This document shows, one piece after another, positions 28,511 to 37,234 of a DNA stretch of 40,351 nt; position 1 is the first letter of the stretch, and every line of letters starts with the position of its first letter. The stretch lies in contig CALMGJ010000027.1 of NCBI GenBank assembly GCA_937863565.1, positions 1 through 40,351 of the forward strand, read 5' to 3'. This stretch comes from an uncultured bacterium (GTDB lineage: Bacteria > AUK180). The notes under the pieces were generated by a model, which worked only from the letters and a program-made list of their open reading frames with translations, was not told the origin of the DNA and did not search any database. The translations under genes and the position numbers were made by a program.

Positions 28511-30511
28511 TCAGCTCAGCGGAAAGAATTCCATCTTTTTCTGTTCGATCGCTTTCAGAACTATATCCCGATTCTCATGATCATTGAAGTGATCATTGCT
28601 TTGAGACCTGATGTTCTTAAAAGCCCTTCTGTATGATTCCGTATCGGGTTTCGGCTCATTGCCGCTCAATATGTCCACGCGAATAAGTCTGCCCTTATCG
28701 AAAAGAAGCGAATTCAAAATGCCTTTCCCGTTCTTGAAAAGAGCATATCCCGTAAGCCCCTTGCTTTTGATCCCGTCCTCGATCTCGGTAATCATCTCCT
28801 CGTATGCCGCAATAAATTTTTCCTTTCCCGGATTGCTCCCGTTGAAATTAAAGATGAATTCCTTTATCGCATTTACGGGATCTTCCCAGAAGCCTTTGAA
28901 AAAAGCCTCAAAACTCCTCCTGTTCGCTTCCTTGCAGGGAGCGAGGCACTCCGTTTTCAAATAGTGGGTGCAAAACAGGGAATCCTCGATGGGATGCTCG
29001 ATGCAGAAAGGGAATCCCATCTTCTTGAGAAGATAATCCATGGCTTCGGCCTTCAGCGGAGTGGCCGAAAAAGGTCCGAGAAAAGCTCCCTCGCCCCCGC
29101 AGGGATGTTCGCACAGTACGGCTGTCCTTATTGAGTTCCTTCCGATCGCTTTAAGGAAAAAATAATCTCTTGGCAGATGGTTCACTTTTCTGAAAAGGGC
29201 TTTCTCACTGCGATACCTATTGAATTCATTGATCATATTCTGAACCGAATCTTCACAAATAGAATATTCAATGTCGCAAGTCTTCTCAACCAGAGTTTTA
29301 ATGAACGGGTATTTATCAACTTTCTTCAGCATTTCAAGGAGCATTTTCTTAACATTTTCCGTCTTTGTCAAAAAGAGAACACGTTTCTCTTTGTTCTTGA
29401 AGACGAGAAGCCCGGGCTTTTTCGGAAGGGCATTCAATTTCTCGGGTTTCACTTTAAGATCGACTATAGTCCCTGAATCCCCTTTAAGATCAGTGCTTTT
29501 AAAAAGAAAAATATGTCCTTCAGTACTTTTAAGGCGCAGATCCTTAAAGTTGAAATGGCATTTAAATGCTTTCTGCTTCAAAGCATTAAGATCGAGCTTC
29601 TCGAGCTCCTCTTTGGTAAGAACACCCTCGAATCGGATCTTCCCGTAACTCTGAGGTTTGATAAGAGAAAGAATGCGCTTCACTTCGCGCTCGTTCTTTT
29701 CAGGCTCATTTTCAAAAAGCTGTATTCTGAATTCGAACATATCCCTGGCGGGAAGCTCGATGAAATCGGTTTTAAAGGATGATCTGTCGCCGACCTGCAC
29801 CCGTAAAAAACCCTTTGGTTCATTGATCTCGGAGAATGTTACGCGTTCGGAGGAACCCGGAAAATGAAACCGTCCCATCTTCTGATATTTATGTATGTGG
29901 CCTGCAGCGATGTAATCGAATGCCTTAAATTCCGGAAGATGCGAAACAACATCCGGGAATTTCCTGAACGCAAAGTTCGTGGGCCCTACTTTGGCTTTGT
30001 GAACGAGCTGATGCATCATGAGAATATTGAAATCGGCTCTTTCGGTGAACCCCGCGCTTTTCAGGCTCTCCTCGAAGACGGGGTCTATATTGCTCTTCTT
30101 GGAGTTGATATAGGGTATCCCGGTTATGGAAACGGTCTTTCCCTTCACTTCAAACCTGAAGGTGCCCGGTTCGTTGAATACGACGATATTCTTGAACGTG
30201 GACGCCACTTCGTTCAAAAGAAGCGACCTTTCGTGATTTCCGGGTACAACGAATATCCGTATTCCTTTCCCGTCAATGTATTTAAGGGGCTTCAGAGCCA
30301 TTTGAAGGATATAAAGAGGGGGCGTTTCATTCTCAAAAAGATCGCCCGTATGTAGAATAAAATCGATGTCTTTTATGTTCTGAAGGATGTAGTTCACAAC
30401 TCTGAAGTAGTTCGAAAGGAAATCAAAACCCCTGAAGGCAGTGTAGTCCTTCGGCGGTTTTACCGGAAAATGATCGCCAAGGTGATTGTCGCTGAAATGG
30501 ATAAAAAGCAT
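28511..30511 (-). CDS. SbcD/Mre11-like metallophosphoesterase nuclease fused to degenerate UvrC-like (GIY-YIG + 4-Cys) module
   Basis: SDNHLG, TGDLF, PGNHE, MMH, AAGHIH, FPGSSER..FSE...KGF; then LPKKPG..., FLGPF, C-x10-C-x7-C-x3-C. Confidence 0.85.
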   Translation of the reverse strand: MLFIHFSDNHLGDHFPVKPPKDYTAFRGFDFLSNYFRVVNYILQNIKDIDFILHTGDLFENETPPLYILQMALKPLKYIDGKGIRIFVVPGNHERSLLLNEVASTFKNIVVFNEPGTFRFEVKGKTVSITGIPYINSKKSNIDPVFEESLKSAGFTERADFNILMMHQLVHKAKVGPTNFAFRKFPDVVSHLPEFKAFDYIAAGHIHKYQKMGRFHFPGSSERVTFSEINEPKGFLRVQVGDRSSFKTDFIELPARDMFEFRIQLFENEPEKNEREVKRILSLIKPQSYGKIRFEGVLTKEELEKLDLNALKQKAFKCHFNFKDLRLKSTEGHIFLFKSTDLKGDSGTIVDLKVKPEKLNALPKKPGLLVFKNKEKRVLFLTKTENVKKMLLEMLKKVDKYPFIKTLVEKTCDIEYSICEDSVQNMINEFNRYRSEKALFRKVNHLPRDYFFLKAIGRNSIRTAVLCEHPCGGEGAFLGPFSATPLKAEAMDYLLKKMGFPFCIEHPIEDSLFCTHYLKTECLAPCKEANRRSFEAFFKGFWEDPVNAIKEFIFNFNGSNPGKEKFIAAYEEMITEIEDGIKSKGLTGYALFKNGKGILNSLLFDKGRLIRVDILSGNEPKPDTESYRRAFKNIRSQSNDHFNDHENRDIVLKAIEQKKMEFFPLS

Positions 30512-31005
30512 CAGAATTTCTTTTCCAGATACATTTTCAGAAGGCCGCGTTCGCTTTTTACGCTCACTTCAAGGTAATGCGCATCAAAAAAAGCATCGAA
30601 AGCATTGTATAACCAGAACAAAAGCACTCCGGAGATCAGGTATTGATGAAGAAAGTATTTATTCACATATTCATCGTAAAGGGGCTCAGAGCCTTCCGGT
30701 CCGTTCTTGGAGAAATAATCCTCATAGGTTTCATAAGCCTTCTGGACGGTACCGTAACTTTTAAAAGTCCCGTAGAGCATTCCGCCTGCGAAGGAAAGGA
30801 ATACGGCGGATTTAATATATTTCCCGTTGGAAAACTGTCCGAAACCCGGAACGATCGCCGATTGCACGAGCCGGAGAACCGGTTTACTTACAAGCTCTTT
30901 TCCCGTTGCTCCTGAAGGAGATAGAAAGAGAAGTATTGCGGCAATAACGCTCAGTCCGCCGAATTGAATTTTGCGAATATTTTTTCCTGAAGGAGTTTTT
31001 TCCAT
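30511..31005 (-). CDS. DUF5683-like exported/membrane protein
   Basis: SAIVPGFGQFSNGKYIK and WLYNAFDAFFDAH motifs; start uncertain (55-nt overlap with upstream gene). Confidence 0.75.
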   Translation of the reverse strand: MEKTPSGKNIRKIQFGGLSVIAAILLFLSPSGATGKELVSKPVLRLVQSAIVPGFGQFSNGKYIKSAVFLSFAGGMLYGTFKSYGTVQKAYETYEDYFSKNGPEGSEPLYDEYVNKYFLHQYLISGVLLFWLYNAFDAFFDAHYLEVSVKSERGLLKMYLEKKF

Positions 31006-31673
31006 TCTTCGTTGATGAACTCTACTTTGGGAACATATCTTCCCTCAACTTTCACGGAAGGTTCCCCTATATTGTTCCCTCTCTGGCTCATGAATATAGG
31101 TATGCTTTTAATCCAGTATTCCCCATTCAGTTCAACCTCGGCCCATCCCTTTAAAGCACCGCTTTCATATTTTTTTATCTTGATCTCCGTGATAGAAGGC
31201 AGCGGCCCTTTTCCGGCAACGGACTTTTTCTGGATGCCATCTCCGAGGAAGTTCAGGAATTTGATCTCATTGGCCCAGAGGAAATAATACTTGCTTTCGC
31301 CGGAAACGGAATAGGGGAGAACGATCCTTCCGTCCTCGAATGTTATCCCTTTTACCAGCACGGCGCCGTCCAGTTCGACCGAGTATTCTTCCGCGCTCTG
31401 GTTCACAGCGGTGATCCTGGTAGCATATGCCTTGGCGGGAACGGCCGTTTTCGGGGTGTCTGCAGGAGCTTTATCCGTAACCGTAGTTGAAGGGGCTTCT
31501 TCGCGTATTTCCTCGCCAGGTCCGGAGGCTTGAGGCTCGGCAGTCTCTTTCCCGGGCGTTTCAAGGGTTTTTTCCGCTTCGAATTTCCTTTCTACTTTTT
31601 CAACGTTCTCCGCCTTTTTACATGAGAAGAACGCGAGCATCAATACGAGAGCTACAATGATCGTCTTTTTCAT
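30951..31673 (-). CDS. Lipoprotein with P/A/T/E-rich linker and tandem SpoVG-like domains
   Basis: MKKTIIVALVLMLAFFSC lipobox; C-terminal ITEIKI..ALKGWAEVELNGEYWIKSI.I......IGEPS.K.EG.Y....FINEEWKKLLQEKIF follows the SpoVG pattern. Confidence 0.72.
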   Translation of the reverse strand: MKKTIIVALVLMLAFFSCKKAENVEKVERKFEAEKTLETPGKETAEPQASGPGEEIREEAPSTTVTDKAPADTPKTAVPAKAYATRITAVNQSAEEYSVELDGAVLVKGITFEDGRIVLPYSVSGESKYYFLWANEIKFLNFLGDGIQKKSVAGKGPLPSITEIKIKKYESGALKGWAEVELNGEYWIKSIPIFMSQRGNNIGEPSVKVEGRYVPKVEFINEEWKKLLQEKIFAKFNSAD

Positions 31674-31676
31674 CTT

Positions 31677-32327
31677 CTAACCTTCCTTAAAATTTTCTTT
31701 CCATATATTGAAAAAATGCGCAGTATGTTTCTGCGGTATCAGGATCCTCTCCACGGTCCCGTATATCTTTACATGATATCCGCGGTCGAATATCTCAAAA
31801 ACAGGCTTGGCGTTCTTGTCGAGGAAAGAAAGTTCCTTTCCGTTATTGAAGAACATGAACTCGCCGCTTTGAGACATCCGCTCCATCTCATTCTCCACAA
31901 GACCCTGTATCTCCTTTTTTATATAGAATTTTTCGGAGAACCGGACATTGATAACGGTGAAGTCCTGGCTTTCAACGAACGCTTCTTCTATATTGAAACG
32001 GCTGATATTGCCTTTATTGAGAAGCACGCGCTTCCAGGCAAGCTCTTCAAGGTTATTCGTTCCTCCAAGAGAGAAGAGATTAACTCCGGGTTCTGTCAGA
32101 TTGTGGGCATGTTTTTCGTGGAGTACGGCGATGAATTTCGTGAACCGCAGCTCTGAAGACGGCTTTACGGCAAATTCACCCTTTTTTATCTTCTGGGAGT
32201 ATTTCAAAAGAGCGTTCTTGTATCCGAGTTGCTCGGTCATATATAAAAAAAGGATCAGTACGGAATCAAAGGCGGTTTTATTTAAAAATTCATTCAAGTA
32301 ATGAAGCGCAAGGAAATCCTCGCTCAT
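31677..32327 (-). CDS. Hypothetical protein
   Basis: 216-aa ORF translationally coupled to pilB (TAATG overlap); no motif recognised. Confidence 0.75.
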   Translation of the reverse strand: MSEDFLALHYLNEFLNKTAFDSVLILFLYMTEQLGYKNALLKYSQKIKKGEFAVKPSSELRFTKFIAVLHEKHAHNLTEPGVNLFSLGGTNNLEELAWKRVLLNKGNISRFNIEEAFVESQDFTVINVRFSEKFYIKKEIQGLVENEMERMSQSGEFMFFNNGKELSFLDKNAKPVFEIFDRGYHVKIYGTVERILIPQKHTAHFFNIWKENFKEG

Positions 32328-34033
32328 TAATTGCTATCCGCGGCGGTAGTCCTGAATATCTCCTCGACTGTAGTCGTTCCCTTGAGGGCCTTTATTACGG
32401 CAGACTCGCGCAGCGTTTTCATTCCCTGTTTCCTGGCCAGGGCTTTAATGTCGTCCACAGATGCTCTTTTTACGATAAGGGACCGCATCTCCTCGGTGAC
32501 GAAAAGCACTTCGTAAACGGCGGTTCTTCCTTTATAACCGGTATTGTTGCATTTAGAGCAGCCTTTGCCTTTATAGAAATCAGTCGTAGAGACCTTATCC
32601 TTGGGAATGCCGAGGTCCATCTTCGTCTCCGGAGTGACATCCTCGTCAACGATCTTGCAATTCGAACAGACCTTTCTTACGAGTCTCTGTGCAATGATCA
32701 TCACGAGGGAGCTTGCTATATTGAAAGGTTCGATGCCCATATTGCCGAGTCTTGCGATCGTGTCCGGGGCTGAGTTCGTATGAAGCGTTGCAAAGACAAG
32801 GTGGCCGGTTTGAGCGGCCTTAACGGCGATCTCTCCGGTCTCGAAATCTCTAACTTCACCTATCATGACTATGTCGGGATCAGCTCTGAGGAACGATTTC
32901 AACGCGGAAGCAAAGGTAAGCCCTACTTCCGGTTTTGCCTGGACCTGATTCAATCCCTCGATATCGAATTCGACAGGGTCCTCCGCTGTCATGATGTTCA
33001 CGTCCTCGGTATTCTTCAATTTCAAGGACGTGGACAGTGTCCAGGTCTTGCCCGATCCTGTTGGTCCCGTTATCAGGATCATTCCCCACGGCGAATCAAT
33101 GCCCTTCGTAAAGCGCTCGAGTTGAGCCTGCTCGAAACCGAGCATATCGAGAGTAACTTCTCCGGAACCTTTGTCCAGAATTCTTATGACCACTTTTTCC
33201 CCCCATACGCACGGTATTATGGCAACTCTGAGGTCTATGTTCCTGTTATCATAGGTCACCCTCGCCTTGCCGTCCTGAGGCACTCTTTTCTCAGCAATAT
33301 TAAGATGCGAAATGATCTTGATCCTCGAAACAAGTCCGGCGTTGATTTGCCTGGGCAGCTTGTCGGCGGTATGAAGGACGCCGTCCATCCTGTATCTTAA
33401 CCTCGTGTACTTTTCATAGGGTTCTATATGGATATCCGAGGCCTTCTTCCTGATGCCGTCAAGGATGATCTGATTAACTAGTTTGACGAGAGGTTTATCA
33501 TCGGCAGCGACGCCGGCCACGGCCTCCTCCTCCATCTCGTCGCTTTCCGATACGACATCCATGACCGTTTCCGAAAGGTCTTTAGTCTTATCCTCCAGAT
33601 GCTCTCTTGCCGATTTATAATATTTATCCACGGCAGCCGTAAGGCTCCTTTTCGTTGAGATCGCAGGTTCGATATTAAGGTTTGTGATGAACTTAAGGTC
33701 GTCCAGTATCTTCCTGTCCGTCGGGTCCATCATAGCCACGGTAAGAGTATCTCCGAGCTTCTCTATTGGGATAACGAGATGTTTTTTTGCGACCTCGCCG
33801 GGAATGAGTTTGAGTATCTCCGGGTCCACTTCCCATTCATCGAGGTTCACAGCTATCATTCCGAGCTGTTGCTGCAGGAAGAAGAGGATCCTCTCTTCCG
33901 GAACGAATCCGAGATCGATAAAGATCTGGCCAATTTTACCGCCGTTCTTTTTCTGTTCGTCAAGAGCCTGCTGCAGCTGTTCGGGCGTAAGCAGACCTTC
34001 TCCGATCAGAATCTCGCCGAGTTTCATTTCCAC
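32327..34033 (-). CDS. pilB: Type IV pilus assembly ATPase PilB (GspE family) with MshEN domain
   Basis: KLGEIL...LT.EQL..AL..Q N-terminus; ASDIHIEP, R.DGVL, PQDG, Walker A GPTGSGKT, EDPVE, GEVRD, TGHLVFATLH, tetracysteine zinc motif. Confidence 0.95.
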   Translation of the reverse strand: MEMKLGEILIGEGLLTPEQLQQALDEQKKNGGKIGQIFIDLGFVPEERILFFLQQQLGMIAVNLDEWEVDPEILKLIPGEVAKKHLVIPIEKLGDTLTVAMMDPTDRKILDDLKFITNLNIEPAISTKRSLTAAVDKYYKSAREHLEDKTKDLSETVMDVVSESDEMEEEAVAGVAADDKPLVKLVNQIILDGIRKKASDIHIEPYEKYTRLRYRMDGVLHTADKLPRQINAGLVSRIKIISHLNIAEKRVPQDGKARVTYDNRNIDLRVAIIPCVWGEKVVIRILDKGSGEVTLDMLGFEQAQLERFTKGIDSPWGMILITGPTGSGKTWTLSTSLKLKNTEDVNIMTAEDPVEFDIEGLNQVQAKPEVGLTFASALKSFLRADPDIVMIGEVRDFETGEIAVKAAQTGHLVFATLHTNSAPDTIARLGNMGIEPFNIASSLVMIIAQRLVRKVCSNCKIVDEDVTPETKMDLGIPKDKVSTTDFYKGKGCSKCNNTGYKGRTAVYEVLFVTEEMRSLIVKRASVDDIKALARKQGMKTLRESAVIKALKGTTTVEEIFRTTAADSN

Positions 34034-34046
34034 GCTACACTCCTAT

Positions 34047-35468
34047 TTATTTGTTCTCGAAAAAAGCCCGGTACGCCCTGAAAGTCTCCCATAGATCCGC
34101 TTTAGATACAACCTCATAGGGCGAATGCATGCCGAGAAGTCCGGGTCCGCAATCTATCGTGTTCATGCCCCATTTCGAGAGATATTTCGCGATCGTGCCT
34201 CCGCCGCCCTCGTCTATTTTGCCGAGCTCGGCGAACTGCCAGTGTACGCGAGCCTTATTAAATATACCTCTTATTCTTGCCGTGAATTCTGCAGTGGCCT
34301 CATTCGTGGAATACTTGCCTCCGCTTCCGGTGAATTTAGTGAGAACTACGCCATAGCCTGAAATGGCCGCATTGTTGATCTCATGAACTTCCTTGAACAT
34401 CGGATTAACAGCCGCGTTAACATCCGCGGAGATCGCTTCGGAGCGTGAAAGGACATCATTGATCTGAGCAAAATCATTCTTCCTGCCTGTGAACGCGAGT
34501 AATTTCACGATAATATCGAGAAGCCAGCTCGACTGCGCACCTGTCGGTCCGTCGCTGCCGATCTCTTCTTTGTCTATAAGAAATGCGATAGAAGTATAGT
34601 CGGGCTGTTCTTTCAGTCCCTCTACGGCTTTCCAGGCAGTATAACCGCAGATGCGGTCATCCTGGCCGTAAGCTCCCACGAAAGTCCTGTCGAATCCCGC
34701 ATCACGGGCTTTATCGGCCGGCACTATCTCCAAATCGGCGGAAACGAAATCCTCTTCCTTGATCCCGTACTTCTTATTGAGAAGTCCCAGCAGGAATTCT
34801 ACAAGTTTTGCTTTTGATTTCTCATTCCGGACTTCTTTCTGGCCTGCAATAACGTTCAGCTGCTCGCCGGTGATGATATCGGGAAGGGTCTTCGTATACT
34901 GTACGTTCTTTGCAAGATGCGGAAGGAGATCCGGTATTACGAAAACGGGATCATTATCGTCCTCGCCCATTTCGATCTTCACTTTTTTACCGTTCTCCAG
35001 AACTGCTATTCCGTGAATGGCAAGCGGCCTGGAAACCCACTGGTATTTTTTTATCCCGCCGTAATAATGTGTTTTCATAAGTGCGATATTCGAGTCCTCA
35101 AAAAAAGGTTTCTGCTTGAGATCAAGCCTTGGGGCATCGATGTGAGCGCCCACTAACCTGAATCCGTTCTCGATCCCTTTCTTGCCGAGATAAACAACAG
35201 CCAGGGCACGGTCCCGGTTCCCTATCAGGACCTTTTTCGTGCCTTTTCCGGCTTTGCCGAAGAACTCCCATCCGCTCTTCTTCGACATCTCCGAGAAATA
35301 CACATAAGATTCTCTTTCCGTTTTACAGGAAGAGATGAATTTTTTGTAGTCTTCGGCAAATGCGAATACGCTCTTGGTATCCTTCTCGGAATAAATGCTC
35401 CAGAGGTTCTTGAGCTCTATTCTCCTCAAAGAAGGTTCAGTCCTCCGTTTTCTTGCGGTTTTTGCCAT
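34047..35468 (-). CDS. M18-family aminopeptidase (ApeA-like)
   Basis: GAHIDAPRLDLK, THYYGGIKKYQW, GQDDRIC, DKEEIGS, SADV, MHSPYE. Confidence 0.95.
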   Translation of the reverse strand: MAKTARKRRTEPSLRRIELKNLWSIYSEKDTKSVFAFAEDYKKFISSCKTERESYVYFSEMSKKSGWEFFGKAGKGTKKVLIGNRDRALAVVYLGKKGIENGFRLVGAHIDAPRLDLKQKPFFEDSNIALMKTHYYGGIKKYQWVSRPLAIHGIAVLENGKKVKIEMGEDDNDPVFVIPDLLPHLAKNVQYTKTLPDIITGEQLNVIAGQKEVRNEKSKAKLVEFLLGLLNKKYGIKEEDFVSADLEIVPADKARDAGFDRTFVGAYGQDDRICGYTAWKAVEGLKEQPDYTSIAFLIDKEEIGSDGPTGAQSSWLLDIIVKLLAFTGRKNDFAQINDVLSRSEAISADVNAAVNPMFKEVHEINNAAISGYGVVLTKFTGSGGKYSTNEATAEFTARIRGIFNKARVHWQFAELGKIDEGGGGTIAKYLSKWGMNTIDCGPGLLGMHSPYEVVSKADLWETFRAYRAFFENK

Positions 35469-36111
35469 TCATATACTCCTTTATTATTCTCATTTGTTCC
35501 AAGTCCGTCGCGTTGAGATTTACCATTGCTGAAAGTATCGCGAAGTAACCGTTGGCTTCCGTGTAGAATCCGTGTTCGAAGGCGGCTCTTGTCAGCATTC
35601 TCACGAAAGTAATACCCTCCTCGCCTTCAAGATCGGTCTCCGCCGCTCTGCGTAATATTCGTTTACCCGTGTGGAAGGCCTTCAAAGAATCCTTTTCCAC
35701 AAGATAAAGAAAATTGGCATAAGCCATCCAGATCCTTATACTGTCGGGATTGTTCCGGAGCCCCTCCATCAGGAAATCCCTGGCCTCAATCATTTTCCCG
35801 TTAAATTTGTAAAGCAGGAAAGCGCCAAGGGAATATACTTTTTCATTTCGGGGATTAATGAGAGCCGCTGCTCTAATAAGAAAAAGCGAGTTATTCTCCA
35901 GAGATGGTGCCTTTCCGGAGAATTCCCAGAGATGATGATAGATATCCATGCGGTTCCAGAGATAATCAGACAGGAATTCCCGGTATTTTTTTGAAACGGA
36001 AGAAGAGAACCCATCGGCATTCTTTTCTATCTGATTAAAATTTAAATATGTGGCGGTGATCCCTACTGTAAGGACTGAAAAGATAACTGCGGCGGCATAT
36101 ATGGGTTTCAT
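35437..36111 (-). CDS. Membrane-anchored TPR-like protein (PilG/XapA-like)
   Basis: N-terminal TM; SDYLWNR.D.Y.H, INP....Y..GAF.L, A..FL.EGLRNNP; ATGA overlap supports start at 36111. Confidence 0.7.
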   Translation of the reverse strand: MKPIYAAAVIFSVLTVGITATYLNFNQIEKNADGFSSSVSKKYREFLSDYLWNRMDIYHHLWEFSGKAPSLENNSLFLIRAAALINPRNEKVYSLGAFLLYKFNGKMIEARDFLMEGLRNNPDSIRIWMAYANFLYLVEKDSLKAFHTGKRILRRAAETDLEGEEGITFVRMLTRAAFEHGFYTEANGYFAILSAMVNLNATDLEQMRIIKEYMNGKNRKKTED

Positions 36112-36470
36112 TTTCTTATATTCCTGAAATAGACCACGGTGGAAAGAAGAAGAAAGGCAATGCCCTGAAAGAACATCATCGAAACGATCATGATATTGTT
36201 CCATGGCTTGTTCAAAAGACGGATATGGAGATAATCGAGCTCGCCTCCGTGCTGATTATGTTCTGTTCCTCTGTTGCATGTATGTTCGGTCTCCCCAATA
36301 CACGTATTCGCAAGTTCATGTATGTCTTCCCGATCATGATTGACACATTTATCAATGCTCCCGGGAATACGCATTGAAGATCTGTAATGTCTGAAAAAGA
36401 ACAGAAAAAATGAGAAGAAGGCTAAAAGGAGGAAAAAGAAAAGTATTGTAAGGAAAACCTTCGCTTTCAA
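36108..36470 (-). CDS. Small two-TM protein with His/Cys-rich loop
   Basis: Coupled at both ends (TTGA and ATGA overlaps); two hydrophobic helices. Confidence 0.7.
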   Translation of the reverse strand: MKAKVFLTILFFFLLLAFFSFFLFFFRHYRSSMRIPGSIDKCVNHDREDIHELANTCIGETEHTCNRGTEHNQHGGELDYLHIRLLNKPWNNIMIVSMMFFQGIAFLLLSTVVYFRNIRK

Positions 36471-37234
36471 AATTCCTTCTCCTTAAAAGCCCATGCCGAA
36501 AGAAGCAGGGTGAAAACAGAATACCCGGCTATATAAAAAAACACTGCGATAAAATAGGCGAAATGAAGTTTCGCGCCCTGCATGACCGCATATGAAATAT
36601 CGAGGTAATCCTTGTTGGGCAGAACGAATTTGATCAGTTTCAGAAGGAACAGGACCGGGCCCGGATAGTTCTGGGCGACAATAAGTTCGATATAATCATT
36701 GTCAATGCCTGAAATGAAATAACAAAGAGAAATAACGGCCACAAGGATCGTCGGTCTTAAAAAAACGGAGAAGAAAATTGAAAGGCCGAGGATGATGAAA
36801 AGATATAAAAACTTCATGATGATAGCGAGCACGAGCATTCCTTCATAGCTTTTTATCCCGCTTCTAAGCATGATCAGGGCGCCGGCTATCGTGATCAGAG
36901 TAAAGATCAGAAGATAAACGGCGCAGGAGAATATCTTGCCGAGTATGTATTCAACTTTGGTTACAGGTTTGGAAAGGATAAGATAGATCGTCCTATTCTC
37001 TATATCTCTTCTGATATTATAAGCGCTGACTGCGAGAATGAGCGCTAATCCCAGGACTTCATAGAGAAAAAGGACAGATTCGATCGAGATGAAAGGATGG
37101 CTGCCAATGCCGAAGGCATTGAGAGAGCTGATCAGATAGATGAAAAGAAGAGCGATGAAGAATATCCCGTACAGGATCCTGGTCCTTAAAAATTTCCGAA
37201 AATTATAAAGGGTCAAATTCATCAAAGAGCTCAT
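36467..37234 (-). CDS. ABC-2 type transporter permease (PilI/XapB-like)
   Basis: Six TMs; DIENRTIYLILSKPV...YILGK motif. Confidence 0.9.
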   Translation of the reverse strand: MSSLMNLTLYNFRKFLRTRILYGIFFIALLFIYLISSLNAFGIGSHPFISIESVLFLYEVLGLALILAVSAYNIRRDIENRTIYLILSKPVTKVEYILGKIFSCAVYLLIFTLITIAGALIMLRSGIKSYEGMLVLAIIMKFLYLFIILGLSIFFSVFLRPTILVAVISLCYFISGIDNDYIELIVAQNYPGPVLFLLKLIKFVLPNKDYLDISYAVMQGAKLHFAYFIAVFFYIAGYSVFTLLLSAWAFKEKEF

